From a phage, in sequence record PZ239914.1: 44,852 nucleotides of DNA; one strand, given 5' to 3'. The notes under the pieces were generated by a model. The model was given only the letters and a program-made list of their open reading frames with translations. It searched no databases and had not been told where the DNA came from. Shown here one piece after another: positions 27,186 to 35,471 of this stretch. The position numbers were made by a program, and so were the translations under genes. Position 1 is the stretch's first letter. Every line of letters begins with the position of its first letter.

Positions 27186-27248
27186 GATATAAGCCCTTTT
27201 GTGCATATGCGCCGACCATCGGCAACATAAGAGACGGCCCTGCCATCT

Positions 27249-27263
27249 AAGGGGATTATAACA
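27249..27263 (-). promoter_or_regulatory. candidate extended -10 promoter (TGtTATAAT) upstream of the terminase genes
   Basis: Minus strand TGTTATAAT immediately downstream of the terminator at 27268-27292. Confidence 0.35.
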
Positions 27264-27267
27264 GGCA

Positions 27268-27292
27268 CAAAAAAGCCCACCAAATCGGCGGG
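27268..27292 (-). terminator. intrinsic terminator upstream of the packaging genes
   Basis: Minus strand GCCCGCC-gauuu-GGUGGGC followed by U6. Confidence 0.5.
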
Positions 27293-27301
27293 CTAGGAGG
27301 G

Positions 27302-27514
27302 TTAAACGTGGCGACCGTAGTATCGGGTTAACATGCTTTCTACTTCGCTTATAGCGCCTTCTGTGTAGCGTATTTGCGATAGTATCTCGATCCGCTCGCT
27401 GATAGACATGCCTATTGCCGCTGCCGTTCGTTCGAATCGGCGCAAGCCTTCGAGTTGTTTGCGTAATTCCTTCAGGCGGTCCGCCTGCGTGCTCATGAAT
27501 ACTTGTCTAATCAT
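27302..27514 (-). CDS. hypothetical protein (70 aa)
   Basis: ORF-track ORF; stop overlaps the upstream gene. Confidence 0.4.
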   Translation of the reverse strand: MIRQVFMSTQADRLKELRKQLEGLRRFERTAAAIGMSISERIEILSQIRYTEGAISEVESMLTRYYGRHV

Positions 27515-28653
27515 CTCAGCATTTCCGGGCTAATGGTTAAGCGCGCTACTTCGCCGTAGTTGGCGCTATAGGTGATTACGTTGGCACTACGACCTGACAT
27601 CCAACCGCCTCGGCTGGCATATGCGTCTTTTGCGGCGAGCGTCCGGTGTTGTTCAACAATCATGTTGCGGGATTCTACAATCTTCTGGTGGTGCAAGTGG
27701 CCTACATGCGCGTAGCTATACTCGCTGGATCCGAACGCTTGTCTGAATTTTGAAATCATGACGGTTTCAATAGCGTCAAAACGTGCCTTATGCCCGTGGT
27801 GGAAGAATAGCGTGGTCTTGCCGTGTTGCACCATTTTGTATACGTCCGGGGACGTATCCACATCGACACGCGGCTCGTTCTCGTACAGGGTATTGAACAT
27901 TTCAGCCAGCCAAATCATGCCAGACTCGTCATGATTCCCCTGGACTATTAGCAGTTTGACTTTGTGGTGTTTTTGCAGCGCCAGTTCCACCACGTTGCGC
28001 ACCATGCGAATCATGTAGCGGACCAGTTTCTGGTAGCGGGTATCCGCGTCCAGTACGTGCCCGCTGGCAGGAGTGACGGCATCGAGGCTATCAAAGTGCG
28101 CCATATCACCGAGGATATTGATTACGGCAGTGCCTGCGTCTGGTGCGCGTGCGAAGGCTTCGACAAACCAGCGATAGAACAGGTCTTCGGCAATCGCCAT
28201 ATCCCAATCCTCGCCAGTCTCCTCACCCCATGCCAGCATGCCCAGGTGGAAGTCGGACACGGTGTACAGGTTGAGTAGGTCAAGTGCCTGGATCGGGACT
28301 GGTGGGGCGCTTACTGGTGCTGCCGGTTTGATTTCGCTGTTCATACCCTCGACAACGGCGCTCATTGCTTCAAGCTGGCGCTCCTTGTCCTGCTCAGTGA
28401 TAACCCACGACATGACCTCTTCGCCATTTCCGCGCACCAGGGCGGATACGCGTTTAACACCGAAGCCATCGGCAACGCGCTTACGAATTACGGCATCATT
28501 ACCGTGACCAATACCTTTCTTCGACAGGCGGGCTTTGCGCATGTAGACATTTCGAAGAGCAATTCCGTACTTCTTCGCAATATCTTTCGCGGTAGTGCCG
28601 GATTGCAACTCGGCGATCAATTGCTCGTCGGTGATTTTAGTTTGCGGGTGCAT
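27511..28653 (-). CDS. HTH domain fused to calcineurin-like metallophosphoesterase
   Basis: Phosphoesterase motifs in order: DFHLG, GDMAHFD, GNHDE, HHGH, GHLHH; N-terminal HTH-like TAKDIAKKYGIALRNVYMRKARL. Confidence 0.7.
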   Translation of the reverse strand: MHPQTKITDEQLIAELQSGTTAKDIAKKYGIALRNVYMRKARLSKKGIGHGNDAVIRKRVADGFGVKRVSALVRGNGEEVMSWVITEQDKERQLEAMSAVVEGMNSEIKPAAPVSAPPVPIQALDLLNLYTVSDFHLGMLAWGEETGEDWDMAIAEDLFYRWFVEAFARAPDAGTAVINILGDMAHFDSLDAVTPASGHVLDADTRYQKLVRYMIRMVRNVVELALQKHHKVKLLIVQGNHDESGMIWLAEMFNTLYENEPRVDVDTSPDVYKMVQHGKTTLFFHHGHKARFDAIETVMISKFRQAFGSSEYSYAHVGHLHHQKIVESRNMIVEQHRTLAAKDAYASRGGWMSGRSANVITYSANYGEVARLTISPEMLR

Positions 28654-28670
28654 ATTAATTCACTTCCAGA

Positions 28671-28796
28671 TTATGGGACCGAGGACAATATACCACGGTC
28701 CCTATTGCGGCGGGTTATAGCAATTCGCAAATAACCATACCGATAAATGCTGCGGTGGACCAGATTGCCAATACCCAAATATCATTACGTGCCATA
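28671..28796 (-). CDS. possible small membrane protein (41 aa)
   Basis: ATG at 28796 with GAGGAG 9 nt upstream; MARNDIWVLAIWSTAAFIGYGYL hydrophobic helix then a basic tail; below the ORF-track cutoff. Confidence 0.3.
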
Positions 28797-28859
28797 GTGT
28801 AATACTCCTCTCGTTGATTGGTCGCAGTATGGCGTCTATGTTGGTTGCAAGTCAAGCAA

Positions 28860-28896
28860 TAAAAAGCCCGGAATTAACCGGGCTTGTTGTTTTATT
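28860..28896. terminator. bidirectional terminator after the Ig-like gene
   Basis: AAGCCCGG-aattaa-CCGGGCTT flanked by A5 and a T-rich run. Confidence 0.55.
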
Positions 28897-29314
28897 CTTC
28901 GGCTCCCGTTACGGTGAAGATGGCGGAAGCCAGCACCCCGCTACCGTCGGAGGCCACCCAAAAAATGTGGGCGCTTCCCGCCTGTGCTGCTGTGATTTCG
29001 CCGGTAGTCTGGTCGATTGTCGCACAGTTCGGGTTCGACGACACCCACTTCCCTGCCTTGTTAGTTGCGTCGGATGGCTGTACCTCAACCGAAGCGGTGG
29101 CCTTCGCACCAACTGCGGCGGATTCCGGTGTGATTGTTACGGTGGCACTTGTCACCGGCTTACTTTCCGGCGCGGGCGGCGGGCTGGGCAACTTCGCGTC
29201 GAATACCCCCGCATGGCTTATCGTACCCGCTACAATAGCGCGTGCGCCTGGGTCTTCGGTTTTAGCCAGCGCGGCGAGCGCGTCCGCATTATGATCAAGA
29301 ATACTTTTCAACAT
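28892..29314 (-). CDS. bacterial Ig-like (Big_2-type) domain protein
   Basis: 140 aa from the ATG at 29314 (GAGGGGG RBS); Ig-like pattern GATIDQTTGEITAAQAGSAHIFWVASDGSGVLASAIFTVT. Confidence 0.55.
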   Translation of the reverse strand: MLKSILDHNADALAALAKTEDPGARAIVAGTISHAGVFDAKLPSPPPAPESKPVTSATVTITPESAAVGAKATASVEVQPSDATNKAGKWVSSNPNCATIDQTTGEITAAQAGSAHIFWVASDGSGVLASAIFTVTGAEE

Positions 29315-29330
29315 ATCGTGCCCCCTCGTA

Positions 29331-29822
29331 TTACGCCGCGTTACGCCCGATTCGCTCGGCAACGTCCCACTGCTTACCATCAAATAACGCCTGTCTGCCG
29401 ATTGCACGGCGCACCAGACCCTTAAGCACTTCCCCTCCTTGCTTGCGGAACAGCGGCAGCGTAGCCCGTACCTTCGCCCAGTCACCCAGGCGGATCGCAT
29501 CGTCAAAATCACCCGCGACGTCGTCCGGCATGATCGGACCTGGACCAGCATTGATAACCAGGTCCACCAGCGCGTCGAATTGCGCCTGATTGATGCTCGG
29601 GTGTGCGTACTTGTTCACCCAGTTTTCGGCATACGCCACATCGCGCTTGAGTAGCTCCAGCGCTTCCGCGCGGGTAATGCTTCGAGGCGGATTAGTTCCA
29701 GTATGACCATAGCCCCAGGTATACAGGCCGCGGGCCTGCTCTTTCTTGGTCGCGAAATACGGCACTGGGCTGAAAGCCTCCCATGCTGCCGTAAATCTTA
29801 GACCGTTGTCACTGAATCGCAT
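29331..29822 (-). CDS. endolysin (phage lysozyme, GH24, P22 gp19-like)
   Basis: N-terminal FSDNGLRFTAAWEAF...GLYTWGYGHTG matches the E...GxxTxGxGHTG lysozyme signature. Confidence 0.8.
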   Translation of the reverse strand: MRFSDNGLRFTAAWEAFSPVPYFATKKEQARGLYTWGYGHTGTNPPRSITRAEALELLKRDVAYAENWVNKYAHPSINQAQFDALVDLVINAGPGPIMPDDVAGDFDDAIRLGDWAKVRATLPLFRKQGGEVLKGLVRRAIGRQALFDGKQWDVAERIGRNAA

Positions 29823-30054
29823 GTTTTACCCCATTCAAAACAGCATTACGCAGTGTGCGCAATGCAAACAGCCATATTAACGCGGTCCAGGTGGTATCAG
29901 ATACGTCTCCGGTTTGCAACAATCCGATAAAACAGACCATTGCCGTTAACAGATACAGCACCCGACCGAAAAAGCCATCCCGGACTGACGGCGCATACAC
30001 GTTAAACAGGGACGAAGCCCCGATGATAACAAACAACAGGACGGAGATAATCAT
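29809..30054 (-). CDS. holin/antiholin-like membrane protein (81 aa)
   Basis: Two to three predicted TM segments; immediately upstream of the endolysin. Confidence 0.5.
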   Translation of the reverse strand: MIISVLLFVIIGASSLFNVYAPSVRDGFFGRVLYLLTAMVCFIGLLQTGDVSDTTWTALIWLFALRTLRNAVLNGVKHAIQ

Positions 30055-30341
30055 TTTGCACCCCCCGGAAGTCGGAACGACGCAATAGTCTCCCTGATCC
30101 GGTCGGCGATTGGCATCCAGAAGATCGCGGTTACGAAGCCTAAACCGGCGACAGTGCGCTCACCCGACAAACCAGCCCACTCAGCGATAGCCGGTGCGCC
30201 AAATATGGCACACAGGAAGCCAACTACAACATACAAAACGAAGTTTAGCGGCCCCTTCGTAGCCTCACCATGAATGCGTGCGCCTACGAAGCCACCCGCC
30301 AGACATGCCAGGGCGAATAGCCACTCGTTTAGCTTATCCAT
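30051..30341 (-). CDS. putative holin (96 aa)
   Basis: Three hydrophobic segments and a charged C-terminus; first gene of the lysis cassette. Confidence 0.5.
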   Translation of the reverse strand: MDKLNEWLFALACLAGGFVGARIHGEATKGPLNFVLYVVVGFLCAIFGAPAIAEWAGLSGERTVAGLGFVTAIFWMPIADRIRETIASFRLPGGAK

Positions 30342-30393
30342 AAAAAAGTCCCAGTAAGTTTTATCTCACTGGGACTATATCACGCTTGCATAT

Positions 30394-30720
30394 TTAATCG
30401 AAAATTGACCACTTGCCGACGCCTTTCCACTCCCACCCTTCAGATCGGACGGCCTCGAACATTCGCCCGCCGATCATATCGCGATACCATAGCCACCACA
30501 TACGCAACATGGTCGGGTGCTCCGTGATGCCACGGCGCTTGTATATCTGAAACGTCATGCGGGTAATGCTGGCGGCTTCCACCGCGGGCCAAATCAGGAA
30601 TACCCATACCAACAGCGCCAGCACCGTAAGCAGGCACAGTCCCCAGATCAAACCAAACCAATAAATCACATCGTGTAGCATCGAATTGCCCATTCCGGTT
30701 TGCCAATATGGCGCGCCCAT
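30394..30720 (-). CDS. hypothetical membrane protein (start uncertain)
   Basis: Trp-rich TM segments VIYWFGLIWGLCLLTVLALLVWVFLIW; weak RBS at all candidate starts. Confidence 0.4.
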   Translation of the reverse strand: MGAPYWQTGMGNSMLHDVIYWFGLIWGLCLLTVLALLVWVFLIWPAVEAASITRMTFQIYKRRGITEHPTMLRMWWLWYRDMIGGRMFEAVRSEGWEWKGVGKWSIFD

Positions 30721-30802
30721 GCTCGCGCCACGAAGTAATTGCGAAACACCCGACCGCCGATCTCAAAGCGGTTGTGCATCAGCATATCACGGATCGTCGC
30801 AC

Positions 30803-31363
30803 TCATTTCAGAATCACCGAGCGCGGGTCGATGGCGTTCATGCTGCCGTCTGGTTCGACACGGATAAACCCGACGCCGTAGCTCTTCGCGTCGTCGTTAG
30901 CCTGGCGAACAGCATACTGCTTGTCAATCAGGTCGCGCATGGCGGCATTCATGCGCGCGTTAACCTGACTGGCATCGTATTTGGTATATGGGTGCTCCGT
31001 ACGGGTAATATCTTTCGCCACGACGCCAGGGCGCTTGAACTGCTTAAGCAAATAGTTCCGACCTACGCGAGTGAAGTTAATTAAGCCTTCGGGCGGTACG
31101 ACGCGCTGTGTATTGCGGCTTTGCAGTATAACGCTGACAGTACTAACGCGCTGGGCTACGAACAGTTCGCCGTCGTTGCTATCACGCAGCACATCCCCGA
31201 CCCGCACGTCGTGATGCACAACCTGCAAATGTTTATGTAGGCCGGATTTCTTGTACCAGAATACGCGGTCGCTCGGCTCATGGTACATGCGCACATAGTT
31301 CGGCAGCACTTCGATCGGGGTAAGGAATCGCCCATTATGCTTATTGCGGAATATCATTTTCAT
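30803..31363 (-). CDS. hypothetical protein (186 aa)
   Basis: ORF-track ORF; start overlaps the stop of a 54-aa ORF (ATGA). Confidence 0.55.
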   Translation of the reverse strand: MKMIFRNKHNGRFLTPIEVLPNYVRMYHEPSDRVFWYKKSGLHKHLQVVHHDVRVGDVLRDSNDGELFVAQRVSTVSVILQSRNTQRVVPPEGLINFTRVGRNYLLKQFKRPGVVAKDITRTEHPYTKYDASQVNARMNAAMRDLIDKQYAVRQANDDAKSYGVGFIRVEPDGSMNAIDPRSVILK

Positions 31364-31524
31364 TCTGTCAATCTCCTGTAGTTACGAACTAATGTGAGGC
31401 GCGAGATAGTGCGGCGAGTACCACACTTAGGGTGTGAAATAGTCACGTTGCCGTTTGCTTCTTCTGTCACGAAGTAAGTCAGTCGCGTGGCCTTACTCCG
31501 CCAGCGTTCAGGTTGCTTGTTCAT
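31360..31524 (-). CDS. possible small protein (54 aa)
   Basis: ATG at 31524; MNKQPERWRSKATRLTYFVTEEANGNVTISHPKCGTRRTISRLTLVRNYRRLTE; below the ORF-track cutoff. Confidence 0.3.
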   Translation of the reverse strand: MNKQPERWRSKATRLTYFVTEEANGNVTISHPKCGTRRTISRLTLVRNYRRLTE

Positions 31525-31790
31525 TTTGCCAGTCTCCAGTGTTTGCCTACCCGCTCAATGGCGGGCTTTCGGCGTAATGTAATACGGATCCCCATTGGTT
31601 GCAAGGAAGTCCGCACCCTGAAATCGTGTTGTGCTGCGAACTGGTGCAAGTAGCGAGTCTGCGTCAACGGCTTCACGTCATCGCGATAGCACCAGAACAC
31701 TGATTCGCCCGCATTCGCATTCCTAGCCCATATTCGTATGCAATGCAGTGGAATATGCCACGAAAGCTGTTTCGCTCGTCTACGGCCCAT
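31521..31790 (-). CDS. hypothetical basic protein (89 aa)
   Basis: AAGGGG RBS; contains a TTGGTTGCA copy at 31594-31603. Confidence 0.35.
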   Translation of the reverse strand: MGRRRAKQLSWHIPLHCIRIWARNANAGESVFWCYRDDVKPLTQTRYLHQFAAQHDFRVRTSLQPMGIRITLRRKPAIERVGKHWRLAK

Positions 31791-31799
31791 TTTGGCCCC

Positions 31800-32126
31800 T
31801 TATTTCGCAAGCTGGGCGAATAGTTCGCGCTGGGCTTTAATCCGGGCGACGTTAGTCACTGCCGTCTCGCCGATCCCGAAGCGATACGCCAGGCGCTCAC
31901 GGGCAAATGCCAGCGCGTAGTCCTGGATAGCGTTCGCCAACGGCTGGATCTCTTCCATAGTGTCTAAGCGGTCCTCCAGCATACAGGCGATGGCCTGCTG
32001 CGTGACGCGAACAACGGACCACGCTGCCGATAGTCTTTCGATCGCTTCCGCTCCCTCACTGGCGAACTCCGCCGCTTCTTGCGCCGCCGCCATAGCCATT
32101 GCGTAATTCCAGATAATCGCTTTCAT
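31800..32126 (-). CDS. hypothetical protein (108 aa)
   Basis: GGAGG RBS; preceded by the candidate promoter at 32155-32183. Confidence 0.5.
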   Translation of the reverse strand: MKAIIWNYAMAMAAAQEAAEFASEGAEAIERLSAAWSVVRVTQQAIACMLEDRLDTMEEIQPLANAIQDYALAFARERLAYRFGIGETAVTNVARIKAQRELFAQLAK

Positions 32127-32154
32127 TGTTCAGTCCTCCGGTTGGTGTGCAACC

Positions 32155-32183
32155 AAAATATCAGGGTGCCAGGCTGAATGCAA
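32155..32183 (-). promoter_or_regulatory. candidate sigma70-type promoter (TTGCAT-17-TATTTT) with two TTGGTTGCA motifs
   Basis: Minus-strand motifs at 32148-32156 and 32179-32188. Confidence 0.4.
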
Positions 32184-32338
32184 CCAATATTAATCACGCG
32201 CATGAAAAAGTTGATCGCTATCTGCTGCAACTGCAAACTGCATTTTCTGCCCACCATTCAGCAACTCGCATTGGTTGCCTAGTTCATCCGCGACCGCACT
32301 TCGCATCATGCTGCCGTGTATTTTGCAATCCCCGGATT

Positions 32339-32512
32339 TTATGCAGTCTCAGACGAGGGGGGCCATTGACCCCCGTCTAGTCTGAAAGACTGGTAGTTGT
32401 CCCGCTTGTCCCGCTCCCCTCCAGGCCGCGTCCTCCGGGGCGGGACGGGGGTGCTGTCCCGTTTTGTCCCGCCTCTTGTTTGTCCCGCTTTTTGTCCCGC
32501 TTAGTTTATGCA
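32339..32512. repeat. iteron-rich noncoding repeat element, copy B
   Basis: Same 5' hairpin module and six TGTCCCGCT-type iterons as copy A, with a divergent central spacer; between the primase end and the 31800-32126 gene. Confidence 0.8.
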
Positions 32513-32586
32513 ATAAAACTGCATAACTATTCACTATATTCACACTACACGGCAACCAATACGACCAGATAAAAACACTCAAAATG

Positions 32587-32669
32587 GCAACCAATGCGCG
32601 CAAAATTTAATCTTTTAGCGATATGGGAATTCCCATATCGGCAACCAATACGCGCAAAATTTAATCTTT
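32587..32669. repeat. 30-bp direct repeats flanking a 20-bp perfect palindrome at the primase 3' end
   Basis: GGCAACCAAT(G/A)CGCGCAAAATTTAATCTTT at 32587-32616 and 32640-32669; palindrome GATATGGGAATTCCCATATC at 32620-32639; second repeat contains the primase stop codon. Confidence 0.7.
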
Positions 32670-34925
32670 CAGGTCGTCATCGGTCGCAGAAAGCGTGATG
32701 GGTATATTCGTTTTTATGACGATATTAGACGACCCATAGATGGCCCCGGTGTGCGGGTCTGTATAAAAACCTAACACTCCGCGCTCCACCATATCGTCAA
32801 TGGCCTTCGTCGATGTGCCACCTTTCGCTAGTCCAGCCTGGCGGACGATTGCCGATTTACTGAATCCGGTATGATCCGGGTTATCTTCCATCAGTTTTTC
32901 CAGTGCCGCATAAAGCACTTTCTCTTTTTCGTTGCGCGGGCCTGCGGCGTTCTCATCCTTAACTGCGGCTTTTCCAGCGGACTTCGCCTGCTCAATGGCG
33001 AACGGTGCCAGGGCGACCGGTACGAGGTAAAGAGTCTCGTCGCGTGGCGTGGATGCAATCGGCTTGACGTCCCAGCCGGCAACCACATCGCCGAAGTCCG
33101 GCCCGGTGCTGGTGGACTGGTGTGCCTCGAACGCTTCGGACTTGCGGAGATCCACCTTAACCTTGCACTTGAGTAGTACGAAGCCGCGCGGCGCTTGCTT
33201 GATGCCGTTACGCGCCTTTTCGTGATACAGGTTCAATTGGCCGGGCTGATTGTCGTCCGGTTGCTCCAGGAAGAACGCAGAATCAACAGCACCATGCAGC
33301 GCGCCGGACCCGCGGGGGGTTCTGCTGCCGTTTGCGCCCTTCGCCGGGTGATGGATGACGCCCGCGCTGCCGCCTGTATTTTCCGCAATGGCCTTCAGCG
33401 CTTTGACCACTTCGCCCATATCGCTGGCGTTGTTCTCGTCGAACGGTTTAGCATCGGCGGACCGCAACGCTACAGTCTGGTTGAGTGAGTCGAACGCCAC
33501 CAGGCCAACCGGTTCGCCGTTAGCGGTGCGGTTGATGAAGCTGATAACTTCACGCAATCCTGACTTGCTGGTGATATCCCAGCCGCGTGATTGCAGATCG
33601 ATAATGTGCAGCTTGTCCAGGTCGTGCTCGTATTTAATCTGCAATGCTTCCTTACGCTGGTTGGAGGCTTCGCCGCCTTCCGCGTCGAAATAGAAGTTAT
33701 GGCACTGGACGACCTTCGCACCGCCAAACGGGATACCGGCAGATACGGACGCCATCTGGCCCAGCACATAGAACGATTTACCGATGTTCGACTCACCGGC
33801 AAGATACCAGGTCGATTTGAAGTTGACCAGGCCTTCTATGATCGGGTCGTGCTTACTGAACAGTGCGACCGGTTCGTTGTCCAGGTCGGCATCGGTACAT
33901 ACGCCGTACTCGTCGCCATCTCCGACCGCATCGACGATATGCTCATAGCACGATTCCACCTCCTCGTCGTCCAGTCCAGGGAGGATGGCGGCGATTTGCT
34001 TACGTGACATGTTGTGCGGTTCGACGTTCAGGTGGTCCGGGATCCCTATAAGACGTAGCGCCAGGTGCTGGTGTCTGTTCAGTTCCGAGCAACACTCGTT
34101 GCCGGTGTGCATACACTTGAAACGGATCTCGCCATCCTTAACCATGATAGCCGTCGACCCTTCGCCGCTGTGCAGGTGTTCGTTAGGGCACGGCACTTCA
34201 TAGCCCCGACCGGACGACAGTGGCTCGAATCCTGCCTGGAAGCACCAATCCAGAATGCCGTCAGCCACACCATCATCGCCCTGGGTTAGTTCGCGGCGTA
34301 CTTCCTCTTTTTCCATTCCCAGCTTATCAGCCAGGCGAAGCAGACGACGGACACGGGCGCGCTTTCCGTAATGGCATTTAATAACAGACTGCTGGTGTGG
34401 CAGGTACATTAGGCGGTTAGTGTCTTTCGTGCAATCGTCGAAGTCCACATCTGACAGGCCCAGTTGGTGTAATAGTGCATACTGGACGCGGCCCAGGTCT
34501 TCAGCCGGTACAGGCTTGTCAGTGAGCACCAGGAAACGAGCGCAACGCGTGCCGCCTTTCAGCGGGTGGCGGTCGCCGGTAGTGGTGTGAAATACATGTT
34601 CCAGTCCCGCGTCGATGAAAGCCTTACGGCAGCGGCGCAGGGTGCGGGTGTCGGTGCGGTCAATATCGAAGAACAGGATCGAGCGGTCCACAGCACTGGT
34701 CTTGCGGCGTAAGCCGTCACTGGTATACGCCACGATGCCATCGGCCTTACGCTTGCGTCGCGCATACTCGGCTTTATCTTCCGTTTTGTTGATATGCACC
34801 GAGGAGATTTCTTTCGCATCATTGATAAATTCGAAAAACTCTTCGGTAGTCATCTGGAAGTTTTCCGCCCGGGCTTTTTCGCCTTTTTTAGCGGGTCGTG
34901 TTACAGCGAATTTAATTAAGCTCAT
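32661..34925 (-). CDS. DNA primase / P-loop helicase fusion protein
   Basis: 754 aa; Walker A GESNIGKS; Cys/His-rich zinc-binding-like segment CPNEHLHSGEGSTAIMVKDGEIRFKCMHTGNECC. Confidence 0.75.
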   Translation of the reverse strand: MSLIKFAVTRPAKKGEKARAENFQMTTEEFFEFINDAKEISSVHINKTEDKAEYARRKRKADGIVAYTSDGLRRKTSAVDRSILFFDIDRTDTRTLRRCRKAFIDAGLEHVFHTTTGDRHPLKGGTRCARFLVLTDKPVPAEDLGRVQYALLHQLGLSDVDFDDCTKDTNRLMYLPHQQSVIKCHYGKRARVRRLLRLADKLGMEKEEVRRELTQGDDGVADGILDWCFQAGFEPLSSGRGYEVPCPNEHLHSGEGSTAIMVKDGEIRFKCMHTGNECCSELNRHQHLALRLIGIPDHLNVEPHNMSRKQIAAILPGLDDEEVESCYEHIVDAVGDGDEYGVCTDADLDNEPVALFSKHDPIIEGLVNFKSTWYLAGESNIGKSFYVLGQMASVSAGIPFGGAKVVQCHNFYFDAEGGEASNQRKEALQIKYEHDLDKLHIIDLQSRGWDITSKSGLREVISFINRTANGEPVGLVAFDSLNQTVALRSADAKPFDENNASDMGEVVKALKAIAENTGGSAGVIHHPAKGANGSRTPRGSGALHGAVDSAFFLEQPDDNQPGQLNLYHEKARNGIKQAPRGFVLLKCKVKVDLRKSEAFEAHQSTSTGPDFGDVVAGWDVKPIASTPRDETLYLVPVALAPFAIEQAKSAGKAAVKDENAAGPRNEKEKVLYAALEKLMEDNPDHTGFSKSAIVRQAGLAKGGTSTKAIDDMVERGVLGFYTDPHTGAIYGSSNIVIKTNIPITLSATDDDLKD

Positions 34926-34935
34926 TGCCGTGGCC

Positions 34936-35265
34936 TTACTTAGAAGTTTTATTATTGCGTACCCAGGAGCGCACTGTGCTCTGATTAATTCCGGTCAACT
35001 CGGCGATCATTGCCCAGGACTTTCCCTCATTGCGCAAACGGATAACCTGCTTTTTGTATTCTTCCATTTCTTCATTGTGTTTTTGCAGCTTGCTCGCTGC
35101 CGTACCGTTGAGCAATTCCAGCCTGGCGCGTAATTCTTTTTCGGCACTGCGCAGACGTTCGATTTCAAATAACACCGCCCCCACGGCATCTGTATAAGCC
35201 CATGACCGGCTTGTCTCACTGCAAACAGTCTTCGTTAACATTTCGATTGCGTCGTTTACATTCAT
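34936..35265 (-). CDS. HTH DNA-binding protein (109 aa)
   Basis: C-terminal HTH-like KSWAMIAELTGINQSTVRSWV; coiled-coil N-terminus; GAGGG RBS; first gene of the leftward arm. Confidence 0.55.
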   Translation of the reverse strand: MNVNDAIEMLTKTVCSETSRSWAYTDAVGAVLFEIERLRSAEKELRARLELLNGTAASKLQKHNEEMEEYKKQVIRLRNEGKSWAMIAELTGINQSTVRSWVRNNKTSK

Positions 35266-35296
35266 TGCTCTGCCCTCAGTTGGTTAATGACCAACG

Positions 35297-35325
35297 AAAC
35301 TACACCCAAAACTGCACGGTGTCAA
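35297..35325 (-). promoter_or_regulatory. candidate leftward promoter (TTGACA-17-TAGTTT)
   Basis: Minus-strand perfect -35 TTGACA with a weak -10; about 25 nt upstream of the HTH gene RBS. Confidence 0.3.
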
Positions 35326-35441
35326 ATCCTTTGGATATTGAAACGGGCGCGCACGCGTGTAATAATAATTCCCGTCTCATTGTCTCTTATTGGTTAGCGC
35401 CGTCGCATTTTGCCTCGGCGCTTTTTTTTTAAAATTAGTTG

Positions 35442-35471
35442 TTGACACCCATCCTGCAACCAATCTATCAT
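35442..35471 (+). promoter_or_regulatory. candidate strong rightward promoter (TTGACA-18-TATCAT) with upstream T/A tract
   Basis: Perfect -35 TTGACA at 35442-35447, -10 TATCAT at 35466-35471, T9A4 tract at 35422-35434; TGCAACCAAT motif in the spacer. Confidence 0.5.

Noticed and set aside
28884-29294. Plus-strand 136-aa ORF
   Set aside because: It is antisense to the Ig-like domain gene and is an Ala/Ser/Thr-rich mirror frame.
30440-30766. Alternative 108-aa ORF overlapping the 30394-30720 membrane-protein ORF
   Set aside because: It has Gly/Ala/Arg-rich low-complexity composition and no TM segments; the overlapping frame encodes a coherent membrane protein. The call stays low-confidence.
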